Origin: Methanotrichaceae archaeon
GTDB lineage: Archaea > Halobacteriota > Methanosarcinia > Methanotrichales > Methanotrichaceae
DNA: 64,000 nucleotides
NCBI GenBank assembly: GCA_963813075.1
Contig: CAWEXU010000031.1
Location: 5,481-69,480, forward strand
Direction of reading: 5' to 3'
The notes beneath the pieces were generated by a model. The model had not been told where the DNA came from. It saw only the letters and a program-made list of their open reading frames with translations, and did not search any database. Both the position numbers and the translations under genes were made by a program. Positions 1-11,715 of this stretch are shown one piece after another (positions within the stretch are counted from its first letter, which is position 1; each line of letters begins with the position of its first letter).

Positions 1-327
1 TTGGTTGCGGATCCTTTTCCAAAGCTTGTGTCTCCGTCCTAAGTTGCCTTCGTTCAAATTTGTTTCTTGTACCATCAATCCATTCACTTCGTATTTTCGT
101 ATTGCACTAAAGAAATGTGCATTCTTTTCGTCATCCACCGAGACTGGTATACCATTGGGATTCAATCCAATTCCTCGAAATACGAATCTTGGTTTGGGAC
201 CGACAAGGTCCCCATAATAAGGGAATGGGTCCTCGTCGGGTGTTTCTACAGGGCGATCTTGTGTGTTTGCTTGTGTGGCACTTTGCTCATGGGATCGCCC
301 GCCACGAGCGTGCTCTGTATACCTAGG
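1..327 (-). mobile_element. Non-LTR retrotransposon (LINE) ORF2 start, AP-endonuclease domain, running off the window edge
   Basis: Hand translation of a frame missing from the ORF track gives YGDLVGPKPRFVFRGIGLNPNGIP...EVNGLMVQETNLN. It has the NxNG and QET motifs of retrotransposon APE domains and opens next to the stop of ORF 323..520. Confidence 0.5.
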
Positions 328-1067
328 CTAGGCCAGCACCCCCGGGAGGGGTGCCGGCTTCGTAATCAGATGGGGCTGCCTCCCCCTGCACCTGATGGTC
401 CGCCTGACCAGGTTGAGTTTGTCCAAAATGGGTTCCAGAGCTGTCGCTGTTGTTGTCGATCCTTCTGAGGTATTCATCATGGGAGAGGAGCTCGTCCACT
501 TCTACCTTGGTAGTATGCATTTTGCACGGTTAGTTGGAGAACCGAATGGAGATGCTTGAACCCAGTTACATGGAGAACCGAATGGAGATCCTTGTTGTTG
601 CCGTAGTCTTTGCCTGGTGCATATAGCAACGCGAACTCGTCTCGGCAATCGTCTCGGCAATGTGTCTCTGATCTTCTTCTTCTCTTCTTGCTTTGTTGTC
701 GTTCTTCTTCTGTTGTCGTCGTTGTTGTTGCTGTTCCTCTAGTATTAATCTTGGCTTGCTCTTCGTCTTCTTCGGGGTTGCGCCGTTGGACCGTTCTCCT
801 TGAGTTTCCAATGGATTGGGGAACCGAGTAGATCTCCTTGTTGCTTGTGTCCTCTAGTACTAGTCTTGGCTTGGAAGTTCTTTGATGCGACCTGTAATGG
901 GAGAGCTATGGAAGTAGTAGACTACGTCGTCGTTGTCGTCGTCGACGTCGATAGTCGTCTGTCGTGTCGTCTTGTTCGTTGTCTGTCACTCTATGCGTAC
1001 TCAGTTGTCTTGGTGAACTGAATGTAGATCTTTGTTGCTTGTGTCGTCTAGTACTAGTCTTGGCTTG

Positions 1068-1157
1068 GTTGTTGCTGTTGATGCTGTCTGTTGTTGTTGT
1101 TGTTGTTGCTGTTGTTGTTGTTGTTGTTGCTGTTGTTGTTGTTGTCTGTTGTTGTTG
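1068..1157. repeat. (GTT)n/(AAC)n microsatellite
   Basis: Long GTT run with occasional GCT, directly visible. Confidence 0.95.
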
Positions 1158-1302
1158 TCGTTCGTTGTTTCGTTTCGCTTCGATCAAATCCTGCTTCTAC
1201 GTAGCACGCCGTAGGATGCGCCCGTAGGAAGAAATTGATGAACGATATCGACGACGACGATGGCTGTCGACAGATGGCTTGTCGACGACGATGGAAGGCT
1301 CC

Positions 1303-1363
1303 GATGTTGCTGTTGATGCTGTTGATGCTGTTGATGCTGTTGATGCTGTTGGTGTTGTTGATA
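1303..1363. repeat. (GATGCTGTT)n 9-bp tandem repeat
   Basis: Directly visible tandem copies. Confidence 0.9.
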
Positions 1364-1450
1364 GTGTTGGATATAGTCTTAGTTCGTTGTGTTAGTTGTG
1401 TTAAAGTTATTAAATTTAAGGGTCATTTTCGTGTAGGATTCTACGTGGTT

Positions 1451-2080
1451 TCAGTACTGGATCATGGTGGGTACGGGGTTAATGATATTAGATTCTATGT
1501 CTGCAAGGGATACTATGTCAGGGTGATCAAAAGTATAGCAAAGCCAAACCACCAACCTCTTCAATTCTCGCCGAATAGGAACAGAAGTATCGCGGGGACT
1601 GGCTAGACGAATCCTGGGAGAGGCGGCTAAAATCCCTTCCTCTAGTTTGTAAAAAATACGTCCAGCTTCACCAAACAAGGGGAAGGAGGTGGTGTAGTTT
1701 GCACCCCCTGGCCGTGCACAATCAGCCACATAGGTCACCATTGTCTGCTGGATCTGCTCGAGTAAGCCTAGAAAGGGAGTCATGATCTGATTATTGTCCG
1801 TGCGAACATGTTCTGGCTGTGGTCTCCTACCATGCACAAAGGCATCGATCAATCTGTTCAATGGGGCAATCGTGCGCGCCTCGAGCATGTAAGGAATGTT
1901 GTAAGCATGAGGAGGGAAAACAGGATGGGCCGATTGAAAACGAAGCATTTCACTGTCGGTCAAGACCAAGCGGCCAAGTGGGGCTACCCCATACCGACGC
2001 CACTCTTCATCCAAGTCACTGCGATTACGATCCGCCATGGTGGCCAAACTATGAAGCACTTTAGAAAATTCTACTACCAA
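1451..2080 (-). CDS. Hypothetical protein, possibly transposon cargo
   Basis: 209-aa ORF with globular composition; no motif recognised. Confidence 0.4.
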   Translation of the reverse strand: MVVEFSKVLHSLATMADRNRSDLDEEWRRYGVAPLGRLVLTDSEMLRFQSAHPVFPPHAYNIPYMLEARTIAPLNRLIDAFVHGRRPQPEHVRTDNNQIMTPFLGLLEQIQQTMVTYVADCARPGGANYTTSFPLFGEAGRIFYKLEEGILAASPRIRLASPRDTSVPIRRELKRLVVWLCYTFDHPDIVSLADIESNIINPVPTMIQY

Positions 2081-2651
2081 CGTACGGAGGGTGTGAACTC
2101 CAGCTAATGAACAGAAACAGAGAGGAAACTGTTATCTTTGAACAATAGCACAACGTGGAGTAGTCGAGTAGAAGAATGTGTACATGAAGCAAAACGTGGA
2201 TGCGTGAGACGTGCGCAAGAATAATCAATGGCACTCTTTGTCTGTCTGTTTCTACGTGACTAATCTGCGGAGTGAAGTGTACCAGGCTAGTAGTTATTGT
2301 CAGTCACATTTTGATTGTTACTCCTGCAGGTCAGTAAAGGTTCTGGGGAAGATTTCCTTTACATCAGAGTTGAAATCATTACGCCAGTTCTGCCTCTCTT
2401 TGGCTGACAATGTCATCAGGCACCCCTTGTTCTTGCCATAATTGGCTTTTTCCAGTATCTGAGTTAGTCGCATCAACTTTTCCTGGTATTTTGGAGTTGA
2501 CGCTTCCTGTACCAGCTTCTTGGGTACGTTTTCGAGTTTGCGGAAGAAGATTGGCAGCTGGTTGTCCCTCAATGTTTTCCCCGAATGCAAGAAAAGCGCC
2601 CTACTAGGACACTTGCCGAGATGATCTTTCATCTTCTTGAAGCTATGACTG

Positions 2652-3446
2652 TCACGCCAGCCCTTTGGAATCTGAAAATGATGTCTTTCCAGTTTGTACC
2701 ACCCTGACTCCCTTCACCTTGGTCCATGTATCTGGTAGGGTAGCAAGTTTTGGTGCCATGGATTCAGCGACCACGGTGCAGAACCTACATGCTTTATAAT
2801 AGGGGCACCTAATGATAGTGCAGTTCTCCTTCAGGCGGTCATCTCGACGATGAAGCTTTAGCAGTGTTTCGGTAACCACTTCTTGGGTATTCGTTATCAT
2901 GACATCACGTCTGACATCATAACGCTTTCGCTCCCCAATGAGATGTTGGGCTACATGCCGGAATAAATCACCAGAAAGAACTGTCATCATACCTTCACAT
3001 TTCTCGAGAAAGAGGAAGCAGGGACTGATCGCTGCTCCACCACAATGATAGAAAGTGCCAGTAAATGGCCCCTTGGAACACTCAAAGCAGAAGAAGTGTC
3101 CGGAGCTGCAAAACTCCAAAGTCGAAACCAACAAAACCAAGCCACAAAAATGACAGCACTTTGACAAGTTTGCACAATCAAGGCAGAGGAAGTGTCCGGT
3201 GCGGTAAGTCTCCGATTTCGACACCGACAAAAATGAACTACAAATTTCACAGCACTTTGACGCTACATCTTGAGTACCAGTTTTGGAGCAGACATTGGTA
3301 CCCAGGTCCATTTTATCACAATTTGCGTCCACACCATCTTTCTCGTCCTCCTCCATCTCGTCACTGGATTCTTGGGAGATTCCAACGAGATCCTTTTCCT
3401 CTTCGTCTTGGTATTCTTCTTCTAAGTTGACTCGGTGGATGTACAA
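2652..3446 (-). CDS. Cys-rich protein with two tandem RING-like zinc-binding motifs
   Basis: Two CxxC...GHFxCxxC units (CEIC..GHFLCLDC; CHFC..GHFFCFEC) after an acidic stretch. Confidence 0.45.
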   Translation of the reverse strand: MYIHRVNLEEEYQDEEEKDLVGISQESSDEMEEDEKDGVDANCDKMDLGTNVCSKTGTQDVASKCCEICSSFLSVSKSETYRTGHFLCLDCANLSKCCHFCGLVLLVSTLEFCSSGHFFCFECSKGPFTGTFYHCGGAAISPCFLFLEKCEGMMTVLSGDLFRHVAQHLIGERKRYDVRRDVMITNTQEVVTETLLKLHRRDDRLKENCTIIRCPYYKACRFCTVVAESMAPKLATLPDTWTKVKGVRVVQTGKTSFSDSKGLA

Positions 3447-4393
3447 CTGGAAGATGACGTGTCAGAATAATCTTCTTCGTCGTTGTCGTCGGAGTCATTG
3501 GAGTCAGGTGTTTTACACTTGACTGCTTTCTGGCAATTGAGAGGCATGGTTCTTCTTGCTCTGGGCCCTTTTAGGGGAGTTGGAGGCGGAAATTGGAGTT
3601 CATCTCTTCGCCTCTTCCATTCGTCTGTACTGAGAAAAGAAGGGGGGACATCATGCAATCCACCCGACCAGTCACCATCATAAATTTTTCTCTGTACAAA
3701 TTCTTCGAAGGCACTTTTGTTGTGGTAGCGATAGGGCATTGGGGGGTCTCCGGGGTCGGGTTTTCCAATCTCCACATCATCTATCCAGGGGGCAAGGTTG
3801 TGGTCATAAATTGAGTACAGGGGTTTGGGATTTCCCCAATAGGTAATGTGCCATCCGTACATTTCGAGAACAGTCCAGATCTGTTTGAAACTATGACCTG
3901 AGTGGAGATCAGAGAGAAGTTTGGGTTCGCCGTCAGAGACACTCTTAGCTTTATTCGAGGAGGTGGTGGTGGCAATGTGATTTGCTATGATAATATTGGC
4001 CGGCGACTGGAAGTGGGATTTGGAGGAAAGGGACGACGAACCCGACTCCTGACCTAGTGGCATTCCCCTTTTCGGAGGGTAGGCTGGGGTGGCAAAAATT
4101 GGACTCTTGTCAGCAGAAGACGTGGAGGGACTGGTTGCTGCATCAGGGACCCTAATGGAGTTTAGAAGGGCAGTTGTGTGATCCGCTATGATAATATCAA
4201 CGCCCGACTTGATGGGGGAATCAGAGGAGAGGGATTGTGAAGGTGACTCCATCAATCCATCTGGGTCTTGATCCTTAGACGGTAACGCTTGGGTGGCAAG
4301 ACTTGGACTGTCGGGTTCAGAAATGTGCAAATTATTGAATCCTAGCACAGCACCAAAAAGAGGCATTCTGATAGAAGAGACTAAGTGCCACAC
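3422..4393 (-). CDS. Hypothetical Ser/Pro-rich protein
   Basis: 323-aa ORF that may join 2652..3446 through a frameshift or intron. Confidence 0.35.
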   Translation of the reverse strand: MWHLVSSIRMPLFGAVLGFNNLHISEPDSPSLATQALPSKDQDPDGLMESPSQSLSSDSPIKSGVDIIIADHTTALLNSIRVPDAATSPSTSSADKSPIFATPAYPPKRGMPLGQESGSSSLSSKSHFQSPANIIIANHIATTTSSNKAKSVSDGEPKLLSDLHSGHSFKQIWTVLEMYGWHITYWGNPKPLYSIYDHNLAPWIDDVEIGKPDPGDPPMPYRYHNKSAFEEFVQRKIYDGDWSGGLHDVPPSFLSTDEWKRRRDELQFPPPTPLKGPRARRTMPLNCQKAVKCKTPDSNDSDDNDEEDYSDTSSSSCTSTEST

Positions 4394-4862
4394 GAAAAGG
4401 GTGAGTTAGGTGCAGTAATTGTTGTACTACTATTTAAAAGAATATGCTGATGCCTCTCACCACTGACAGCCACCGATGGCTCATCATTGTACAATTCTGC
4501 GTAAAGATCTGCACTGAGATTCCTTGTTGGATCATCCATTGTTTAGCTTGGTTGATTTGAAAGAATGAGGAGTGTATTCGTTGGGAGCTGCGGTGTCTCC
4601 ACAAGATTCACGTCCAAGGTATGTGTTTTCATTGGAAAAAGAATGGGGGTAGCATTGGAGGGACCGGGAACAATGATGCACGACTGGATGTCTTGACAAT
4701 AGACTGACACGACTGAGTGAGGTCATTGTTGGCTTTCGTAGTGGTTGGTGGGAGCAGAAGTCTTTTTAATTTCCGGCAGGCGCGGTATATTCCAATGGAT
4801 TTTCTGTTGCCGCTACAACTCCATTTACTTGAGTTAGAGGCAGACAAGATCACAAAAACAAA

Positions 4863-5035
4863 ATGTCGTCATCGAAGTGTCCTATTGTTTTGTATGTTGA
4901 CAAGACATTAACGGATAACAATCATTGTTACCAGCTGGAGCCAGTCAAATTCACATTCGGTCTGATCCGAAGAGACCTGTGTGAGGACGGAGGATCCCAA
5001 CGCATACCGTCTGGTTTCATTACTGATGCCGAGTC
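4863..5035 (+). pseudogene. Relic fragment of a Plavaka-type transposase
   Basis: PIVLYVDKTLTDNNHCYQLEPVKFTFGLIRRDL..SGFITDAES aligns by eye with PILLYVDKTGTTDNQRYPLEPFIFTLAIIRRAL..AGFIPDLES of ORF 7746..9977. Confidence 0.7.
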
Positions 5036-5532
5036 CTCACAACAAGAACAACAACACCAGGATGTCGTCGGCAGAGGAGACAACCAAGACAACAAAGGAG
5101 AGAAGCGTAATTAAGCCAGAAGTGGATGGCAAAAAGCACAAGGCAGATACGGTGTATGACAGAGCCAGCAAGAAGGTGGCACCGGGAAGCCCCATGAGGA
5201 CAGACACAGAAGTGGTAGAGAAATCCTGCAATTGCAACGAGATGCGCACGCTAACACAAGACGAAATAAGAGCTCTCTATCTCTACCAAAAAAGTCTAGA
5301 AGGAGTGGACACAGAGCCGGTGATACCAAGCGGCGTCCATAAATACCTCCAGGATAATTATAAATCAATTGCAGACCAGGCATTGAAAAGGAGGCAGGCA
5401 TCAAAAAATAAGGATGGAAATAGATTGACAGAAGAAACGATCCAGCAGCTGACTAAGGAGAGGGCGACAAAGGAGGCGGGGTGTGCAGAAGGAAGGAGTG
5501 ACAGTGACAGCATTGGACGAAGTGGACCCTAA
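4981..5532 (+). CDS. Hypothetical charged protein
   Basis: 183-aa ORF overlapping the next ORF; possibly one frameshifted gene with it. Confidence 0.35.
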   Translation: MRTEDPNAYRLVSLLMPSPHNKNNNTRMSSAEETTKTTKERSVIKPEVDGKKHKADTVYDRASKKVAPGSPMRTDTEVVEKSCNCNEMRTLTQDEIRALYLYQKSLEGVDTEPVIPSGVHKYLQDNYKSIADQALKRRQASKNKDGNRLTEETIQQLTKERATKEAGCAEGRSDSDSIGRSGP

Positions 5533-6016
5533 TGCGTGCCTGCAATGCAAACGATGGTATGGGCATTGTGCAGCTGACAACTGTGACTTGTTATACGAGC
5601 TTACGCGGATTGCGATTAGAGGCCAGGATAGGAAGCATACCAACCCAGACATTCGTCGTAAGTTATTTGCTTCTGTTGCTGACAATATGTACATCAAACT
5701 AGATGGCAAGAAGATCGATGCAATAAGCGACAGGGAAGCATCAGAGTGCCTTCCCGATTGTATTTACAAATTCATTTTGAAAGCCTACCCAGGCACAGAG
5801 AAGAACTACGTTGGGTTCCAGGTGTTTGATTACTTGTATGGTGAGGACTTAATGTATGAGGAGGACCGAAAGAAATATGCGAAGGAGCGAAAGAAAGAGG
5901 CAGAGGAAAGAGAACGCAAGTTCCAGGCCCAACAAAAGATGTTGGACCAAGAGGAACGAGAAGAAGAAGAGGACACCCACCCTCGACTAAAGGTGCGACG
6001 ATCAGATATTATCTGA
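5483..6016 (+). CDS. P2X7 C-terminal (ballast)/KolX-like domain protein
   Basis: Cys cluster CxxC..HC...C, then LPDCIYKFILKAYPGTEKNYVGF, matching the PxC..I..[FY]P.....YxGF signature. Confidence 0.55.
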   Translation: MQKEGVTVTALDEVDPNACLQCKRWYGHCAADNCDLLYELTRIAIRGQDRKHTNPDIRRKLFASVADNMYIKLDGKKIDAISDREASECLPDCIYKFILKAYPGTEKNYVGFQVFDYLYGEDLMYEEDRKKYAKERKKEAEERERKFQAQQKMLDQEEREEEEDTHPRLKVRRSDII

Positions 6017-6144
6017 ATCATGGAGTTGGGTAAGAAATAAGGACTTGTGATCATAGCATAGCAGGGTCGCTGGATGCTGGAGATACTATAGTAAGTAATA
6101 AAGAAACAAAGTTGGATACTTGTTCTTGTTTGTGGTATGGCAAA

Positions 6145-9100
6145 TCAGGTGAACTGGTCACCCCAAAACTCTCTATGTCTGAGCAGCTTCACAGCGGAAT
6201 TGATTTCTGCCTGACGAGTGGGGTTCGCTGTGGCTGATTTCTGTTTCTTCGACCTGTCACCACTACTAGTAAACCGAGGAAGCCCCACGGTGAGGTCCAC
6301 ACTGGCTTTAATTCCGGGAGACTCTTCCACGCAGAAGCAGCGATCCAGGATGGAGTTGATATCAATGGAGCATAGCTGAGCTGTGGCTATGGTGTTATTT
6401 CTGCTAATGTCAAAAACGAGGCTCCAATGTTCCAGCAAGACACTCCCCAGTTGCTTGTCTTTCTTATTCTGGTACGCACATGGGTGGACAATTGCTTGGA
6501 TAGAGTTGTCGCTGCTGGGACAGTGGACGAATGCGATTACTTTTGCGGGAACGCAACCAGGGGAATAGAATTCCCTCGTGGTCTCTTTGAAATCTTTGAG
6601 ACCCTTCTTTGTTTTTGCCTTTTGAGATTGGTAGTCATCGGTGTAATCAACTATTGCCCAGTCATACCATTCGCCTTCTTTCTTGTAATTTGGATGACAG
6701 CGGAAATTGAGTCGGCCACGATGACCAATGAGCTTGTGCTGATTCTGGGCTAGGGTGAAGCAACATTCAGTATGGATATCCCAGTACTGGAGACCGGAGA
6801 CAGGATCTTTGGTTGGAGCAATGTAATTAGGAGAGTCGGGGTCTAAATGTGCGTCCCTCAAAAAATCCTCGATGACTGGATGGAGCGGGGTGGAGGCTTC
6901 AACTCTCGACTGTCTCGCAACCAAGGTGGTATGGGGGTAAGTGCCGTCACTTAAACGGGAGGCAAATACCCTATAGTGGGAGCCACCAAGCTTGGTGGGA
7001 TCATTGATATCTTTTTTCTTGGTATCAATAGGAAGGCCATCTTTGTCAAGGTCCGGTAGAGATTTGTCCCGGACTCCCAAAATACCTGTTTCTCGACGAG
7101 CTTTGAAGAAACACTGGTACTCGTGAAGCCGAAGAGCAACTTGTTTGACAAATTCATTATAACCTCTTGTCTGAGCAGTGGAGGCGGGGAACTTGGCCCA
7201 GAATCGAAGACTTGATTCAAGGGGGCCAGCATCAAAGTTCTTTGGAGAACCGAATCTTTCCAGGTCCACCGACAAGTGGAGTATGTCATGGAATTTCTGA
7301 ATGCGCCAGCCGAGACCAGTACTCCGGGGCATGTAGCACTTCAGCATGGCAAGGAGTCTGCGTATCGAGTCTCGGATGCTATTGGTAAAATCGGCGCGCT
7401 GGTCATCAGATTTGATTTGCGAAAACCAGTCAACTGCATCGAGTCGGTACCAGGCATGAAAACACAGCAGCGCCTCTGCCAGTTCGATGAAATCAGCAAA
7501 GCTGCATTTTCGGAGGGCCTCCTCTCCCGGGAGGTGTGGCTGCCAATCAGGATCTTCGATCGCGTTGCCCATGGGGTCGTCAATGGTATCTTCCTCAGGA
7601 TCATCTGTGGGAGCACCACAGTCAACAGTACAATTGTTTTTCCTGGACTTAGATGCGGTCGTGGCAGATGCCTTCTTAGCAGGCGTCTTTTTGGTGGGCG
7701 CCTTCTTTGCAGAGGCCTTCTTAGTAGGTGGCGCCTTCTCCTTATCTAGCTTTTTTTCATTTCTTTGTTCTTGCGTGCCTTCTTATCTAACTTGGCCGCT
7801 GTTGTTTGGTATTCAATGCTCTGCTCTTCGAGAGTCAAACCAGCAATTTTTTGGGAAAACTTGATGTCCTGGGACTCGGTAAAAGTGGATCCAAGGATAG
7901 TCTTGCCCTCTTCGGTGTTCAGAACGATGAGTAACACGAAAAGTTTACCAGCCCACTCGTCGGATGTGATCATACTGACCTTGGCGAAACCTTTGGTGAA
8001 TGAGTACCTTGGGAATGACTCTTTGTCGGAGGATCTGAGCTTGCCTAGGAGGCGATCCACTAAGTTGTCAATATCAGTTTTCTTCTTGGGGCCTAGCTTG
8101 TCGAGCGCCATTTTTGTGAGGTACATCAGTATTCCTGATTGGAAAGCGTGCATCAAATCAGTGGGGTTGGCTCCCCATATATTCCTTGGGTCGAGACCAA
8201 ACCGGATGCATCTGGCTAGAAAGGCATTCCGGACTGGGTGGAAGCCGTTCTTCTTGAGTTTAGCCTTTGCTTCCTCAGTGATTGACTCATACATATCTGA
8301 AAAATCAGGGGCCTGTTGGTTGTCGACAGAGATAGATTCATCCGTGCCAGAGTCATCTGTGTCATCCGCGAATTTTTTCAGAATGCGCCACTGGGTGTGC
8401 TCTCTGAGTTCCTCCAAAGTCATTGGAGCTATAGTGGTAAGATTGTCGACAGTGGCCTGCAAGTTGGAGGCCTTGAGAAAACTGTCAAGGTTCTGGAATG
8501 ACCCGTCAGGAGGTAGCTCCTTGTCTTTGTGGAACACATATTCGCATTGGTGCAGGACGTCATCACACTTCTGCTGTTCGGTGAAGCAGGCCCTGGAGAT
8601 GCGGGCTGCGTTCTTTATATGACCACCCTGCCGAAGGGTTATCATGTCGGCGGATTTTCCATCACCGATACAAAAAGCTATTTCGGGGCGGATCCGAACT
8701 TTCTTTAATTGCGAGCCAAGCCTGAGCCAGGTCACTATGCCCTTATCCTGTACTTCTTGAAAGCCCTGCAGGATTAGCTCGAGAAAGCGGTGGTAGGACT
8801 GAGGAATGGCAGCAGGGTTCTTGGAGCGAGTATATTGATTTTCATAGGTGGATTTTGACTCAAGGTCAGGGATAAAACCAGCTGGGCGCCAGGATCTTGC
8901 ATTGCAACGAAGAGCACGTCTGATGATGGCAAGGGTAAAAATGAAGGGTTCGAGTGGGTATCGCTGGTTGTCAGTTGTTCCGGTCTTGTCGACATACAAG
9001 AGAATGGGGAGTAGGTACTCGTAGAATTCATCAAAACCAAACTCACTGGCCTTCAGTCTTTTGACGGTATCTTTATACCAGCTCCCCGCAAGGATCTCGT

Positions 9101-10207
9101 CACCGTGGCCCTCGAATGGGGCAAAGGGATTGTTGGTATTGACAACAAGGTTGTTGATGTTGCCAAAGATACCTCGATCATTGAGGATGTCAAGAATATT
9201 TTGCTCAACATTGAAGGTGATACAATACATGATGTCACGGTTCCTTGAGTGAAGAGCGTTGTGATCAGAGAGAAGATAGGGATTGCTTATAGAGGTAACA
9301 CGGAATTTGCTGACAATAGGTGCGGATCCAGTACCGTACCTACTGATGACTTTCCTGGAAACGGTATCCCTTGTGGGGGCTAGAGCGGGATTGAAATTTC
9401 GTTCTTTCATCTCCTCTGCCAGTATTTTCAAAAAACCATCCAAAAAGGAACGATTGCTGGAACTGACTTGATCACAATAGTCAATTAACCGAAGCATTGA
9501 CTGGAATGTGCTATCCCCATACTTCCAAATGTTGAAGTCCGCCGAGTCAGCGGGTTGGTGAAAATTAGCTCCGAGGTTGGGGTGCTGCTCCAAAAGCTGC
9601 GAGAATTCTTGTGGTCGTGCAACTTGCGGGGAACAGACAGTAGAACTGTCTTCGTTAACTGGAAAGTTAGCAAACTGGTCTTGGATTGTGATTTGTATGG
9701 GTATTTCTTCCATTGAAGGATCGTCCAGGGCGGAGGAGTGACTAGAACCATCGATTGATTGATTGGAGGACTGGAAGGAATCGTCGTCTAATTCTTCACC
9801 TTGAAGTTCCGAAACAGGAACTGTTCCCTCATATATTATGGGAGGTTGGTCCTCACTATCATCTTGCTCTTCTTCCTTTTGAGTGGAGCTGCTGTGGGAT
9901 GAATTGTCGTCGTCGGTACCATCAGCTAATTGTTCGTTGATGTGACTATCAGCTGGGTTATGTGAATCTTCATCCATTGGGGGGGGGGGTCTTCTACATC
10001 GTGATGATGATGGATGGGTTGTTGATCTTCATCGTGCGGTGGAGAGTGGTCTTCTAGTTCGGGACCGTGAAGGTGAATGGGTGCCGAGTTACTAATTGAT
10101 GCGAGGTGAGCTATATAGCGTCGGCAATGACTCCGGTGTCTGGACCAAACTTTGAATTGACCACAGTAGGTGCAAGTTTGCTTGCATTGTCGTGGGGGCT
10201 CCACCAT
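6145..10207 (-). mobile_element. Plavaka-type (CACTA-related) transposase split into three frames: 9926..10207, 7746..9977, 6145..~7780
   Basis: Motifs YVDKT, GDGK, PTDLMH, KFHDILH..RFGSPKNFDAGPLE and an N-terminal CxxC..H..HC finger. Frame breaks fall at a G run (~9980) and a T7 run (7751-7757). Confidence 0.75.
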
Positions 10208-10477
10208 GAGGACGGGTAGGAAAACTAGAAATTATGAGATTGGAGGATTATGAGTAATTGTGGCAGGAATAGCATTGAAAACTAAAGACAAGAAAACAAA
10301 TTTGTGAAGAGTAGATAGAGCGGGATATGGATAGTGCAGGAAGGGATCGGCTGGCGGTGTCCTGTTGGGATTGGATGTTTCGACGGAAAAGAAATGGAAT
10401 TTGTGGTATGGGCAATGTCAGAAGGAGAGTTCGGCTTGCTTGATTGGCTTTTGGTGTCGGTTGTAGAGGATCCGGAC

Positions 10478-11037
10478 TGAGAAATGTTGAGTCGTTACGC
10501 CAAAACTTGAGGTTTTCGTGTAATGAATATCGTGCGGGAATGGATTCAATGGTAAGCTGGGGGGCGGCAACGATGTCTCAACTAGGGTGTTCCTAAAGCT
10601 ACTGCTAAAGAAACGTTGACAACTTTATGCAAACTACAAACGAATGAAGCAAGCAATAGTGTATGTCCCTTCTAGTATGAAGTCAATTATCTCTCTCGGA
10701 GAGGTCGAAATCGGTCTTGAAATATCAATGTTGTCTGTGTTGTGAGGACGACGATTGATGGACCTGGAACACCGTTTCTGTTGTTGCTCGAAAGAGAGAA
10801 CCCTCCAACTTTCTTCCGATTCTGGGACGATATGTAGGTTCTGTACCACAGTCCACGGACGAAAAGATCCACCGCCGTCTTTTGTCTTTCAGGAGTCATG
10901 CTGGCGCGTCATTGTTCTTGGTAACGGCAATGTGTGAGCTGACGCGCGTATACTTATGCATGTGACATCCTAGGTCGTGGACTTAGTTCACGAATAATCT
11001 TGGACCATCGGGACTCGGTATGACTCATTATTTGTCA
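10478..11037 (-). repeat. 3' LTR (TG...CA)
   Basis: Minus strand reads TGACAAAT...TTTCTCA, is preceded by PPT GGGGAG (11038-11043) and is repeated at 14852-15411. Confidence 0.9.
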
Positions 11038-11205
11038 CTCCCCATTAGTCGCTATCGATATCTCGATGTCCAATCCTCTTCTGTTCTGTTATCCTTCTTT
11101 CCTATCCTAGTAATCCTTTATCCGTCCTTCTTTCATCCTTCTTCTCGGTCACGATGTCCTTCTGTCACCTTTCGCAATCGTGTATCACATCCGTATGTCA
11201 CTCTT

Positions 11206-11715
11206 CTAAGGGTTCCCGTCGTCTTCGTCCACATGATACATCTGCTTGTGCCAGTGGGCTGCAAGATCAGCAGAGATGTTCCCACAGTTTGGTAGGAATT
11301 TCAGGTGTATGGAGCCGGCGTTGTCTCTCTGAATTTCAGCAATTCGGTGCCACAAGTGTAGTTGATTCCCGAATGGTATCTTGGATTCATCTTCGTAGGC
11401 GAAAACGATGTCGTCATGGTAGATCGCGACGTACTCGTGGTGTCGCTGGGTGGTCCTCGTCCAGATGTTGGCGTTATGAGGTGCTGGATGGAAGTCGAAG
11501 GATCGCAGTAGGGTGGCAATAGTCATTCCTGGCTTCTTAGGTTCCTTGCTCACATTATGGATTGCGAGTGACGTTTCGTTATTATCCTCCTTGGAGAGTC
11601 TTGTGTTTGCTGCTTTGTCTCTTTCGGGTACCATCTGGAGTGTATCCTCCTTCGTTGGCTTGTCTTCTTCAGGTACCATCTCGAAAGAGACCTTGCCATC
11701 ATCTTCAGTCGACAA
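11206..11715 (-). CDS. Internal ORF ending in a degenerate Copia RNase H C-terminus
   Basis: HRIAEIQRDNAGSIHLKFLPNCGNISADLAAHW resembles HRVREAIAAGITSLYHIAGALNPADILSKHW of ORF 15482..16735 and lies just before the PPT. Confidence 0.45.
   Translation of the reverse strand: MSTEDDGKVSFEMVPEEDKPTKEDTLQMVPERDKAANTRLSKEDNNETSLAIHNVSKEPKKPGMTIATLLRSFDFHPAPHNANIWTRTTQRHHEYVAIYHDDIVFAYEDESKIPFGNQLHLWHRIAEIQRDNAGSIHLKFLPNCGNISADLAAHWHKQMYHVDEDDGNP

Noticed and set aside
906..1606. Poly-Cys, poly-Val and poly-Leu ORFs
   Set aside because: Translations of microsatellites
7746..7760. Programmed -1 frameshift in the Plavaka gene
   Set aside because: The A7 run is not a canonical in-frame slippery heptamer, and homopolymer indels occur elsewhere in the window
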